From Azolla caroliniana (lineage: Eukaryota > Plantae > Polypodiophyta), in the NCBI GenBank assembly GCA_043228905.1, contig JBHGNT010000004.1, positions 992,001 to 1,056,000 of the forward strand: DNA of 64,000 nt, given 5' to 3'. The translations under genes were made by a program, and so were the position numbers. A model generated the notes under the pieces. That model had not been told where the DNA came from and ran no database searches. It saw only the letters and a program-made list of their open reading frames with translations. This document shows, piece by piece, positions 11,291 through 24,913 of this stretch (the first letter of the stretch is position 1; every line of letters begins with the position of its first letter).

Positions 11291-12272
11291 GAAGTATTGT
11301 CTCCTCTCAATGTTAAAATAATTTTTTGCTTTTGTGCTTTACCTCCATGCAAGCACCATTGGATCTTTCTAAAATTCCTCCTAGATATGCTACGGATGGT
11401 TGCATATCTAATATTACTTGTTCAATGTCACCAAGATAATTACATGTTCAACATTACTCTAATACTACAACACTTTTAAAGGAAATAACAACATGCAACA
11501 TTATGATTGAAACAAAACTGTCAAATATGGAGATAGAATATGACACAAATCAACAATACAACCAAATATCACATTTGTAATAGTCACAATAGATAAAATA
11601 TTTTATTCATGAAATTCTCACTTAACTAACCACAAAGACCAACAATTTCCAAGTCCTAGGATTGGAAGTTCACAAAGGTTCACGTGATTGTCATTTCCCT
11701 CTAGTGTCTCCCATATATGTCACCAATGACCACATATGCACATGGGTTGGGGAATGGAACTATGAAACAAAATAATGATGGCCACTCGTGAATGGCACAA
11801 GAAACATGTAGTGTCACATGTAAATATTGTAATTACGAGAAACTAATGTAATGAAGGTGTCAAATGAACACATGTTAGGTGCTCGTGGTTAACAATATTC
11901 ATACACCAAATCACGCCTATTTTACATGTATGTACATAACCCAAAGCAGACCAAAATTTTGACAACCTTAAATGGCACTGTGGTGATTGTCACCTATTTA
12001 TGCAAAAACATGCATGTGTTATATGTGTTACATTTTATTAGATCATCGATGGTTCATCTAGGCATCCACGACATGGCTCACAACTTAACCACAAACCAAT
12101 GGCATGTGCATATTAGTGTTGGGAAGGAAAGTTTTGTGATTGCAAATGTGTATATCAACAAGTGGAACATAGACTCAAAGAAGGGGAGTTCAATGTCTTC
12201 TTGTACTAAATGGTTCATGATAGGTAAAGAGTTTGATCCTAACTACTTAACTTACGATAATTTCGTGTTAGT

Positions 12273-13724
12273 ATGGGAGAGGAGATGCAGCAGACAGGAA
12301 AACCACAGGTCGCGTATGGCGCGAGAAGCGCGACCTCAGAAACAGGTGATCCCGACGCGCGCAGGAGGTCGACTGCGGGCCAGCCGCTTACTTCATCTGC
12401 AGCTGGACTGCATACGCGAGCAGGGGAGTCCAGTGCACCCCCCCAATTTTCGCCTCATTTCAGTGATGAGACAGTCGACCTGTTGTTATCGGAGGAGGAT
12501 CGAGCTGTGGTTTTGGGCGAGGTACAAAGGTTGGAAGTTTACTCCTTGGTGGTGCAGGTACAGGGTTTGAGATTAAATTGATCGGAACTTCGACATACTT
12601 TGTACGCGGCTTTCTCGGAGGAAGCGGATAAGATAATCGATATTCAATTCATGTCTCGGGGATGTTACCATGTGGAATTTGCAAGCGAGGAGGCCGTCAC
12701 GAAGCTACTAGCAATTAAGGAGGCGGGCGTGGAAGGTGCATGGATATCTTTTCATAAATGGTCTCATAATGTTAATGTAGATGACATATTACAGGATCAG
12801 GAGTCTAGTATGGTGTTTACGGCGGTATTCCCCGGATTAAGGAAGGAATGGAGGAATGTTCTTCCTCGTATTGGGACATTGTTAGGTAAGGTCATTGGTA
12901 TGCGCAAGGGACAAGTGGGTGGGGTACCCGCTGTTCGGTTGATTGCACCAAGATCTGTTCGGTTGCCGTCAACTATTACATTACCTAACTTACTTATGAA
13001 TAAATCACCGGTTGTGCAAAAGATATATTATCAAGGTTTACCTAATCAATGTTTTGTGTGTCGACAATTTGGTCATTTAGGTCGAGATTGTCAAAAGCGC
13101 CGGCCGAAGGATGAAGCACGTGCACCAAGTCAACCGAATGTTAATAATGAGGGTTGGTCTACAGTTGCTGCTAAACATGTTTTTAAACCGATTAGTAAGT
13201 TGGTTAAGCCAGTGTTATTACTTGAAGCTAATCCTTATCATTCCTTGCAGGAAACGGAAAAGGAGGTGGGGACTAGTAAAGTGGAGGGCGGTTTTTCCAT
13301 CCCAGTTTTCACGAACAAGCAACATAATTCGAAAGACACATTTCCGAAGGTACAAGATGTGGAATCTGTTTTTAAGGTTAATAATCAATTTAGTAACGAT
13401 AAACAAATATTTTTAGACCAAGTACAACAAATTGATACATCCGTTGCTTTCGAAGAGTTTAAAAAGGAAAATGAAGTGCTCAAGGTTGACCTCACACATG
13501 CTGAGATGAAGGGTGGTAATATAGTTGCTTTTACTACAGTTGATAAGTCATCTGATAGGGTTTCTAACATAGATAAACACATGCATGTGCGTGCACATAA
13601 GGTGACTGGGAAAGACATTTGGTCAAATAGGAGACAATTACGGGCCTCCGAAGATGGAAGGAAGAGTAGAGACGTTGCACTGGCTGAAAGTAGAGTAGGA
13701 GTGCAAAACATGAATGATGGATAG
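12273..13724 (+). pseudogene. LINE ORF1 (RRM/DUF4283-like region plus CCHC knuckle) with one in-frame TGA
   Basis: ORFs 12273..12581 and 12600..13724 are in the same frame, separated by TGA at 12579-12581. Motifs GCYHVEFASEE and the knuckle CFVCRQFGHLGRDC. Confidence 0.88.
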
Positions 13725-16700
13725 ATTAAATATTATTTCATGGAATGTACGGGGCTTGGGAGGCCAACATTACCTTAAAATAAGGAGTGTTTTCCGTCGT
13801 CAGTTAAGAAAGTCTGTCATAGGTAGAATTGATGTTCTTCTTATTCAAGAGCATCATTTAAATGAACAAAGGATACAAAAATATGGAAATTTGTTGCCAG
13901 GCCAGTGGAGACAATTTTGGGTGCCTGCAACTGGGGATAATAATCGGAAGGCGGGACTTGGCATTGCAATAAATGACTTTTGGTGCTCTGCTTTCTTACA
14001 TTACGGAGTTTTGACTTGTGGTAGAGGTCAATATGTAATTTTACAAATTGGTTTGAAAAAATGGGGTTTGTTGAATATATATGCACTGAATCATACGAAA
14101 GATAGAACGATACTTTGGAAGAGCCTAATGGCACAATTACCAGTTGTTGACCATTGGGCATTGGCAAGTGATTTTAATATGTTGGAGGATGGGTGTGATA
14201 GGTTAGGAGGCACATCACAAACAATATCTGGTTTAGAACTATATGAATGGGAACGTTTAATCTTTTCTTTAGGTTTATTGGACTTGTGGCATGTGTCTTC
14301 TTTTACAAGGATACAAGATTCCTTAGAGTATTCAAGATCAGATTGAAGACAATCACATGCAAATTTGTCTAGGTTAGATAGATTTTATGTTGATAAGTTT
14401 TTGTGGGACAAAGGAGGTTCCATTGGAATCATACCTTCATTTTCCTTTTCTGATCATGCACCGCTTCGGTTAGTTATAGTCTTACAGGAGCAGTATAAGA
14501 ACTCAAGGTTTAGAATTCTGAATCATGTGTTTCTTAGCCCAGATTGTTCCCCTACGGTGCATAATATTTGGAATAAGTATGACTACTCCTATGATTATGC
14601 ATTATCTAGTGTTCACAAGGCTATTAGTGAAACACAACAATTTTTTTACAGGAAGGCTAAACAAGTATTTTATGCATCTTTAACTAAAATAGGTAGGCTG
14701 CGTAGGGGATTGAAATCCCTGCAACATTTGCAAGAGAGAAGACCACATTCGAGTTATATAAGTGCTCGAGTGGTTCAAGTAGGGAATCAAATATTGGACT
14801 TACAAAAGATTTCTGTTGATTTTAACTATCACAATACATCATCCACATGGGCAGAATCGGGAGATAAAGTCAACAAGTTGTTCTTTGCAGTGCATAATCA
14901 TCATAAGTCATCAGCTAGGATATCTAGATTAAGATGTCCTGATGGCTCTTATACCACGGATCCTAGCCAGATGCGACAAATAGCCTCTGATTATTATGAA
15001 GCTTTGTTAAAAGCTAGACCATTTTCTGAGGCTGATATGGTTAAGAGGGACATTATATGGTCTAGGGTTCAGAATAGGGTTTCTGGAAATCTTTTACGTT
15101 GTCTTTTACAACCATTAAGTACTCAAGAGGTTTTTAAAGCAGTAAAAGCCCTTGCAAAGGATGTTTGTCCTGGTGTGGATGGGCTGGGAGTTCAATGGTA
15201 TATCCAGTATTGGGATTTGATAGGTGATGAGCTGACTAAGGCCTATCAACAAATTTTAGATTCTGGAAATATGCCCCAAGAATGGAAGGAGGGTTTAATC
15301 TATATGATTCCTAAAACAAGTGGACAATTAGAAGAGCTTAGCCAGTGGAGACCAATTACTTTGTTGAATGTTATTTATAAGATATTAGCAAAAACGATAG
15401 CTAGACGGTTACAACCTTATCTTTCGGAGTTGATTCATGATACCCAGACAGGTTTTTTGCAAGAGCGAAGTATTTTTGATAATATTATTCTCTTTTGGGA
15501 AATGGTGACCATCGCTGAAATGCAGAAGCAAGATCTGGCGGTGTTATTTCTTGATTTTGAAAAAGCTTACGACAGAGTGGACTGGGATTTTATGGAGGGA
15601 ACACTCGTTAGGATGGGTTTTCCAAGTAATTGGATACGAGGAGTTTCAACATTATATCGTAATGCAAGTAGTTCTCTATTATTTGCAGGGGACATTGGTA
15701 GGAATTTTTTTATTTCAAGATCTGTACGCCAGGGATGTCCACTTGCTCCTTTCCTGTTTTTGTTAGTATCCGAAGCATTCTCTGTACATTTAAATTCTCC
15801 ATATGTAAATATTAAAGGTTTAGCACTACCAGTAGCAAACGCAAATGTGGATTGTGAATTCGCTGATGATATAGCTTTATATGTTCAGGCCTCACATGGT
15901 AATTTGTTTCATGTGCAAAAGGCCGTGGATGGTTTCTCAGATGCATCGGGTGCATTGATAAATTGGGATAAGTCATCAGGTTTTTGGGTCGCTTCGGGAG
16001 ATCCGCCAGTTAATGTACCCTCTTTAGGATTCACATGGATACCTCAACGTCAGTCCATTAGGTATTTAGGTTGTCGAGTGGGTGTGGGATTAAAGTCAGA
16101 AGATATGATTGCACCCTTATTGTTAAGATTAAGAAATAAATTAGTATATTGGAATAAAGAAAAATTATCTTTAGCAGGACGTGTAGTTGTAGCTAATGCG
16201 GTGTTGTTGTCCTCGATTTGGTATATAGCATCTACATGGTTGTTTTCTAGGTCAATAATGTTGAAAGTTCAACGTTTAGTACGGAATTTTATTTGGGGGA
16301 ACAATAGGTCAGTCAATCCTGTAGCAAAGGTAGCTTGGTCTATCCTGATACAACCTAAACAAAAAGGTGGTTTAGGTTTGATTGATCCATTTATGCAAAG
16401 CAAAGCTTTACTTACTAAACATGTTGTTAGGAGTTTATTGCCAGGACAGGAGTTATGGAAAAAGCTATGGATGCAACATCTATATAAGGTCAAGCCTTCG
16501 GTAGGTGGACAATGGAAGGAGAGTCTTAGATGGTTCTTTAATGCAGATTTCCAGCTACCTAAGTCCAATGATGGATCATTGCGTTTCTTCAATGGAATTT
16601 TTCGGGCATGGGAAACTCTTCGGCAAGCGCTTGTTTTCTTTCCACCGAAAAGCTATCATCAATTTATGCGTCAACCATTGATATGGAATCCTTTATTTAC

Positions 16701-18081
16701 TGATGAAGCTGCATGTGTTTTGGGTTTACGCCCTAGGTTATCATGGGCTGCAATGGATAGTGGACCAGCTCGTACGGTTGCGGATTGGATAAGGTTTATG
16801 CAGTCCTCTACGTTGGATCAAAGTAATAGGTTATCGAACTTAAGAGGGGCTAAGATCATGTTATCACAATTGTCCAGGGTGTATCAGGTCACAGTGCCTA
16901 CATTGCAATTCGATCATTTTCAGAGTTGGTACGGTATGTTCTCGACACTCAATATACTTATAGGAGCTCGGTTATATGATCAAAATGGTAGCATTTATTT
17001 TTATGAAGTGTTGGACAATGGTAGGTTGATACTAGTGGATGAGGAGTCTCAAATCATGTTGGCTGCGAAGCAATTGCCAGTGCGAGTAATTGCTAGATTA
17101 CATAAAAATATATATATCGATCCTAGTCCACTAATAGTTAATTTTTCATCTCATATTTCGGTGTTAGACTCTAAACCTATTGATGACCTGCAGTGGGATC
17201 CAGCGGATTATGGTTGGAAATTATCCATATCTGACTCTTCGACTAAGATCCTTCCTTTTTTCAAATATTCAGTAGCGTTTGGTAGGAATTTTATGTTGAG
17301 GCAGACCGAGCCGATACCTGCTGGAAAAAAGTATTGGGAGGAAGGTAATGTTTCATCTACTCATATGGTTATGTTTTGGAAACAGTTTTGGTCTATTAAA
17401 TGCATGAATAAGATATTGCATTTTCGGTGGTTGATGATTCATTATGCATTGCCAATAGGTCATTTATTGAGGGGATCGGTGAGTAATCGGTCATGTATTA
17501 TGTGTGGGTTTGCGGATGAGACATTGCATCATGCATTTTGGGAATGTGTTTCCGCAAAAAGTTTTTGGTGTCGAATTCTTAGGCTTCTAGGCCGTAAGTA
17601 TAAGTCTGCTATTTTTACGTGGGGTGCAGTCTTTTGGGGAATGTTGGATCAACAAAGGGCTTTTTATCATTATAATCATTCTTCATTGTCTTTATATGTA
17701 AGAAGTTTTCAGGTATATTCTACTTCAGGATCCTTGCATGGAGTCAAGTTCTTCTCGCGGAGCTATGTTTGGCAGATTGTCTCCTCGTTGTCTCTATGGG
17801 TTCTTTGGAAAGCTCGGTGCTCCAAGTTATACAATGATGAAGACATTCACGTTGTGGATCAGGTAAAGTCTTTTTGGAATTTATTAGTAGATTCAGTTAA
17901 AGGTGAGTATGACAGGTATAAAGGCTATGGAAACACAGCCATTCGAAAAAGAAAGAGATTACGACGAGTTTGGTCAGCTATTCCTATAATGTTAGATGCA
18001 GGCACGGAGGTTAGGTGGAATTATGTGCCACCTCATTGGTTGTTCCCGCCACCAATACCATTCTTATGGCGAACAACATGA
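13714..18081 (+). pseudogene. LINE ORF2 (endonuclease-reverse transcriptase-zf-RVT, ~1455 codons) with one in-frame TGA
   Basis: EN motifs SWNVRGLG, LIQEHH, SDFN, SRLDRF, SDHAPL. RT motifs WRPITLLNVIYKILAK, LDFEKAYDRVDW, RQGCPLAPFLF, FADD, RYLG. Zinc finger CIMC..ETLHHAFWEC. Same frame across TGA at 14344-14346. Overlaps the ORF1 stop (ATGATGGATAG). Confidence 0.93.
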
Positions 18082-18179
18082 GATAACAGGGAGGAGACGG
18101 TGGCGGCATGTATGAAGCCTATTTTAATGCTAGTAAAAGAAGATTTTAGTGGTATGAGGCAGATTTCGTGTGATAATCA

Positions 18180-19260
18180 GAGACATCGACATGGTGGATG
18201 TGGACAGGTTGAAATAGGTTTAAGTTGTTTTGTGATTAGGATGACTGATGGTGGTGGGGGTTGTCGAAGATTACTAGGAGAAGGTGAGGATTTCTGTTTG
18301 TTTTCTACTCGTTTGTTGGTTGTTAGTGTAACAGGATTGTCGAATCGGAGATAGTGAGATGGTAGATGGGGACAGGACGAAGCCGTTTTTCTGTTTTTTG
18401 TGGTTAGGATGAGTGATGTTGGAGTGGGGGCTGAAGCAGATTATTATGAGAAGGCGAGGAATGATTTTCGCTCATTTTTTGTTGTGATTACAGGGCTGCG
18501 TTAATCAGTGAGATGGAATAGGGGAAGCAAGATACCCTAGATATGGGTTGACTTAAGACAGATATTATGGTTCTCATAGGTTGCGGGATGATGGCAGTGG
18601 GATTTGAAGCAACTTTGTCATGGTGTGAGGATGAGTGGTGTTGGTGCGAGGGCTGAAGCAGATCAGGAGGGGAGAGGAATCATTGTTCACTTATTTTGTT
18701 GTTAATTACACAGGATATTGGCGGTACTCGGCGAGATGGTGGATGTGGATTGATTGAAGCAATTTGTTTGTTTTTAGGAGTGATGATGGTGTGGGGGGAC
18801 AGAAGCAAATCATGAGGGGATGAGGAACCATTATTCACTTGTTTTTGTTGTTTTTGTATAGGTCAGAGGTTGTATTCGGCAAGATGGTGGATGTGGTTTG
18901 ACTGAAGCAATTTCTCTGTTTTTAGGAGTGACGATGGTGTGGGGGAACGAAGCAAATCATGAGGGAATGAGGAACAATCTCTCATTTTTGTTGATTCATT
19001 GCACAGGACATTGGTGCTATTCGGCGAGATGGTGGATGTGGACTAAAGGAAGCAATGTGTCTATTTTAGGAGTGATGATGGTGGGGGGGATCGAAGCAAC
19101 TCATGAGGGGATGAGGAATTATTTATTTATTTTGTTGTTAATTCCACAGGACATTGGTGGCATTCGGCGAGATGGTGGAGGTGGATTGAATGAAGCAATT
19201 TGGTTGTTTTTAGGAGTGATGATGGTGAGGGGGCCTAAGCACATCATGAAGGGAGAGTGA
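18180..19260 (+). repeat. Degenerate ~145-165-bp tandem array in the LINE 3' UTR
   Basis: Unit gatggtggatgtgga..gaagcaat..tttttaggagtgatgatggt..gaagcaa.tcatgaggggatgaggaa recurs near 18190, 18358, 18511, 18734, 18882, 19028 and 19171. Confidence 0.85.
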
Positions 19261-19853
19261 ATAAGTTGGGGGGATCGAAGCAAATGGGGTGAGAGGTGGA
19301 ATTAGTATAGTACATTTCATTTTCATGGTCTGTTTTTTTCTCCCCAACAGTTTTTACAAATGTTGGAATCACTTCAGATCTATTTGCAACTGTTTCTGGT
19401 GGGATGGTGAATCTTCTTACAGAGACGGAAATCTTCTTACACCTGACACATATGTTTGGAAAGACGGAGGACATGGAATCTGCAGCAGATCACTGGAATC
19501 AATGCTGTGTTTTATGGCTGTTTTTTTCCCAACAGTTTTTACAAATACTAGAATCATTTCAGATATACTAGTGGAGATGAAACAATATTATGTACTATTT
19601 GTATACTGCCTCCGGGCTTTTTATTAATACCAATGGAGCATATGTTTTATGGTAAAACTACTTAACTTACAACAAGAATATGTATTGTTAGGCCATTGCT
19701 ATGGAGTTTAGGTGGTCAAACACCTATTGTTGTTGAGATGGGTGAGAGAGGGTGTCAACCTCTCCCTTGAGCATATCAACATAGTGAATTAGCTCAGTCA
19801 TGAACCATTTTTCTAACTTCCTCTTACACTCAACTAAATAATGAAGTGCGCGT

Positions 19854-20977
19854 TGTCGTGAAGATTTTCGGCAATAGTGTGAAAATCCCATAAAACGTAC
19901 GAAATCGAGTATGAATCACATAGTACAATAATTGTGAAGATAACATTTTAAATAAATTTAATATCTAAGTACAAAATGATGGAGGTTTCGAATGCACTTT
20001 ATTACACGAGAAACAGACAACTAAATGTCAAGATATGAGGGTATAAAGTTTGTAAAAGGAAAAGAGAAAATTGTGAGATATCCCACATAGACACGACAAA
20101 TACGGCTCTCATCATATATAAGGTGGAGCAAAAGATATTATCTTTGTGTCTATGTGTGGAGCATAGAGAGTTGAAGATAACTTGAACTAAGAGTGGAGGT
20201 GGGCTAGCTACTCGTAAAGGGTTTTGGCCAACCAAAACCGGACCGGCGATGGAGCCGGTGATCCAGCGGCATTCGGCGCTAGTGAGACACCGGCATCTGG
20301 CGAGGTACCGGTAACCGATGGCACCGATATCCGGTGACGGCATCCGGCGAGGTACTGGTAACCGACGACGGCACCGGTAACCGACGGCGTCCGGCGACTA
20401 GATAAATAAATATATAAATATATATACATATATACATATACAAGGAGGGCAAGGGTGGATTCGAACCTTACACCTCCAAGTTAAGAATCAACTAGCTTAC
20501 CATTAAGCCATGCTATTTAGTTGAAATTATATTTCTATCATTGTACTTTTACATGTAAATTCTCATACATGAGAGCTAAAATGAGTGACATGGTTATCAT
20601 GCACCACATGTAATACATAAGCGCCAAATGGCAAACATGCAATTTAGGCATGTCTTGTACCCTCACATGCATCATATGCATGAGAGCATCTATAAAAGAA
20701 GGAAGGGGGAGGAGAAAAAACACGGTTTTTTTTATGAAAATTAAGAGGAAGAAATTCGTTATCAAATTGATCGTGTAGCTTGTTTCTTAAATCTAAAGTT
20801 AAAAGTTCAATCAATCTCTCTCAATCGTGTGATCTCAACTTCTCTCTTTCCCAATCTATCTTAAGTACTTTCTCACTAAAGCTTGCGCCAAAGCTTGTAC
20901 CGACTTTGAATCCTTCCAGTCCAGAACCCCGGCGGTTCCGCCTCACGATCCGCGCGTAATGACGGATCTTCACGACA
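19854..20977 (+). mobile_element. Solo LTR (1124 bp) with an embedded tRNA-like cassette
   Basis: Ends TGTCGTGAAGAT...ATCTTCACGACA, a perfect 12-bp inverted repeat with TG..CA. 4-bp TSD gcgt/gcgc. TATA ctataaaag at ~20691. Internal GC-rich ggcaccggtaaccga repeats at 20240-20400. Confidence 0.8.
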
Positions 20978-23900
20978 GCGCTAACAAATGTGACTTAACC
21001 TCCCATGTCTATTTGATCGCTTGACTAAATACAATGAGAATAGTTGTTGTTATGTCATTGCTATAGAATTCAATTGTAAAACACCTATTGTTGTTGAGAT
21101 GGGTGAGTGAGGGAGAAACGGTTGTACATACTAAAATGAAATTAGATTTTGTGATGGATGGAGGAATTGTGATATAGATTGGCTTCAATAGTTGCACATC
21201 TCTACGGAAAGCATAGTGTTGTAGTTGGATGTACCTTTTTTAAAACCAATGGAAGGATATTTTGTTTTGAAAAACATAGCAAATTAGCTCACTCAATGAA
21301 TCATTTCCATTTTTCTATACGCTCAACTAAATAATGAAGTATACACTAATGAAAGTAACTTAACCTATGCTCCCATGTCTACTAGATATGAGGGAATACA
21401 AGAAATCATAAACCACAACACACTCTTAGCAATTGATAGAAAACTAGCCACACTTGCATACGAGATTTGGTAGAGCTCAAATGCTTGAGATGAAAGTGAA
21501 AGCTTAAGGTTCGATCTAGACGATTAAGATGAGGGTGAAGGTTTAGAAAGAGAGAATCTAATATTGTAACTCAAAAGTGACCTAGTTTATAGTTTTTTAC
21601 ATTATTTGGTCTTTTCACACTATAACGACCACAAAATATTTGCCTCTTCTATAATGTTTATTGCCCCACTTCTTTGTCTCTAATATCAATGACAAATCAT
21701 GTCATCAACAAGGCTTGAGATGTGAAATGTACGACAAATAGTTAGCAATAACTTTTATCAAGTCAAGGATAGTAACTTCAAAACTTTCCATTTTATATCA
21801 AACTTTTCACATGATCCTATAGTGCACGAGACATTGTCTTACGATTTGCCAATTAGTTTAAGAGCATTAGTTGTCAAAACATAAAACGTCCCTCAAGGAA
21901 TAAAGCAGGGTATGTTGCAACATGGTAAGTGGGGCTAAAGCTACTAAGGCTATAACTTGCACACAACCATTGCACAAAACAAAAGCATCCCTAAAAGAGA
22001 AAAAGTCATTAGGGCTCGTGACCACCTAGGAAGTCACACCCCTCAAACTCGTGTGCTTTTCAAATAGATAAAGATAGTTGACATCAGCATGTAAACACAA
22101 ACAAGTTGAATTTTTATAGTTGTGAGCAAGAATGTATATCTATCTATTTCATTTTTCACTCTCTAAAGTATTGTCGTGTTCGATGGTTTAACTCATGTCA
22201 TTTAATAAATGTATACTTCAAAAGGGTTATTCTGTCACCCCATGATTGGCTATCTTTGATCAGATTCCAAATGAACATAGAATTACGATCTACAATAATA
22301 TAACAAGATGTGTCCCAAGGAATCCTTTAGCCATGCTTTCTATTGATATGCTTGTGAAGTTCTACCAATTAATATTTTATCTAGAACACGCAAGTAGTTT
22401 TGTACCTTAACTAGTGTTAATGTGCATACATCGATATATATTCATTTTTATTCTCAAAATACATGTTGAGAATTACAATTACTATAATACACATCAAGAA
22501 TGTCAAAAGGCTTTAACTACCAAACACATTTTACATAGTCAAATGAACGAATTTTTTGGTGGATGTGATTTGAAATTACGTTACCGTGATTTGCAATATC
22601 ATTTTATGATGTTCACAAAATACTCCTCGTTTTGAAATGATCCATATACTATTTCAACTTCTTTTGACAAATTAAAGAAAATATGGACGTAGGTAGATAG
22701 TTTTTTAATGTCCATGGGGAATCGTACACAATCAACGAAAGAAAGATAGAGGTGATGGTATATTATTGTCCCCTCGAAGCTCAAAACATGACCTTTAGAC
22801 CAAATTATTTTTTTTCAAGATAGTCTCCTCTAATAATGGAGTGGGTATAATTGCATGCAATGAGTGTTTTTCTCAATCGCTCCTATGCTTGAGTAAAGAG
22901 CCTGTGTGTATACTCGACAGATTAGAGTTTGTGTATTTGACTTACACAAGTGGTGACAATTTGGTGGATTTATAATGGGAACCATTGTTGGATGGTTGTG
23001 GATGCTTCACGTTGTATTGTAGAGATCCTTCTCATCTTCAGCCTCCACATTAGGGCCAAATGGGAGAGTGTGCACATGCAATTTGCTTTAGCTAGCCTTT
23101 CGCAAAATCCATTCCCAATTTCAAGATCACGACTACGAATGTAGAGGGGGGTGATTATCATTCTTGCGTTAAGTGGCATGGCATGAGAATATGTGGACAA
23201 GTGCATCACATCATCATTCCCAACATGTTGGGTTGATGTCATTGTACTACGAATGCAACTTTTTTTTCTTGGCAATACTTGATCCACTTTATATCACACA
23301 CACATGTATATATGTGTATCCCAAAAAGACGTTGCTTTCCCATTCGTTAGGAGGGTTTTTATAAAGAAAAGGCTATACAATGTGGCTGCACAACTCACAA
23401 CAAATGCACTGGTCATGTCGTCCGCTAAAGACATTACCTATATTGCTTAGTTACAATGCTCTTATATATTTGATAAGAAGGCATGATCTACAACAACATA
23501 CCTTAACCAATCCACGCCCTAGAAGTTAGTGAGATGCATCAATGGGTGTTTTAAGTGGTTTGAAGGAAGCAAGTCATGGATTCCTCGTAGTTTTCATGAC
23601 ATTTTCATCATTTTCTGTTGATGATGGTATTGTGGATTGTCGAGCAATATAATAAGAGATTAATGAAAATAATGGATCAAGGGTGCTTTTAACCACATCA
23701 ACCACCCTTCAGTGAAGGACATAAGACAACCATAAAATACCTTTAACAGCCCATACCACTGAATATTACCTTATGTGTGTACCACCAGTTGTTCACACAA
23801 GTCATAATGTTATAGGGGTAACCTTACAAACCAATTCTATCGCTAAATTTACTCGGTGAATGGTAGGATAGTTGGAAAACTAGTTACCCTAAGAATTGGG

Positions 23901-24913
23901 AAAAATCCATGATGACCTATGACATATGGGAACACATGGTGGCATGCGAGCCTAAGGTGTTGGCTACAAAGGGAACTAGCCACCCCTTTCATTACGACAT
24001 ATTGAGACGATGTTGAGACTCTTTTTGTAAGGCTAAGCTCTTTTTTCGGATTTCTTACCACCAAGGTAGAATTTGGTGGTATGAGACATCGAAGACATTT
24101 TATGTTTGTCTTGCATCCTTCAATTGAGGGTGGTCGATGTGGTTAAACACCCTTTATCGATTTTAATCCTTAAACTCTTATTCTTGTTCTCATAATCATT
24201 GGTTAGACCGAATTGTACAAGATACCACTCAAGAGAAAGGTCATCATGGGTTTGTTCAAAGTCCTAGGATAATTAGTTTCCCAATGATCCTACCCCTAAA
24301 CCAATTGACATTAGATTTATAATTGGTCCGCAATATTGCATGATGCATCTATAACAAATGGTGATTATGGTAGTACATGCTTTCTGAATGTTATTGGCCA
24401 ACCAACACTGATGATTTCTAAGGATCATTGGGTTGCGGGTTAAGTTTGAGGCTCTATGGGATCATGCCAAACAAAAACCATCAATCGACAGAGGATATTT
24501 GGTGTTGGGGTTAACATAAAAGCCAAGCCATCTATTTATGTATGTTCTCGAGAGAAGGGCAAGGAAAAAGGGAAGGTTAACACTAAATGTAGGGGAGAAG
24601 GGGGATTTTGTGAAGAGAAATGGTGGAGGGGTAGATTGGGAATTTCGTGAAAAGGGAAGGGTATGGTGAAAGAAATAAAAATACAGTCTGAAACAAAATT
24701 CCTCAGTTTCTTCGCTTCTTCCTGCACTAGGGCTCCTGCAACACACGAGGAGCTGCTGATCTTCTCTGCATCGTACACACATCGTACACACACACACACA
24801 GAGCGAGCGAGCGAGATAGGGAACTCGTGGCACATACGTTCTCGCAGGGATACCTGTAGAAAAGCAGATCCTTTGATCAGATCTGTGGCCTCTCGAGGAG
24901 GTTCTCCGGAGCC

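Larger units (their letters stand above)
12256..19655 (+). mobile_element. Full-length L1-clade LINE retrotransposon (7.4 kb)
   Basis: Perfect 15-bp TSD aactacttaacttac at 12241-12255 and 19656-19670. Contains ORF1 with a zinc knuckle, ORF2 with APE endonuclease, RT and zf-RVT, and a long repetitive 3' UTR. Confidence 0.95.

Noticed and set aside
11926-12570. 214-aa ORF
   Set aside because: Spans the LINE 5' junction out of frame with ORF1; no recognisable motifs.
22850-23290. Possible MULE/FAR1 transposase relic (minus-strand CxC and IHNHP)
   Set aside because: Only a short motif across shifted frames; too weak without a search.
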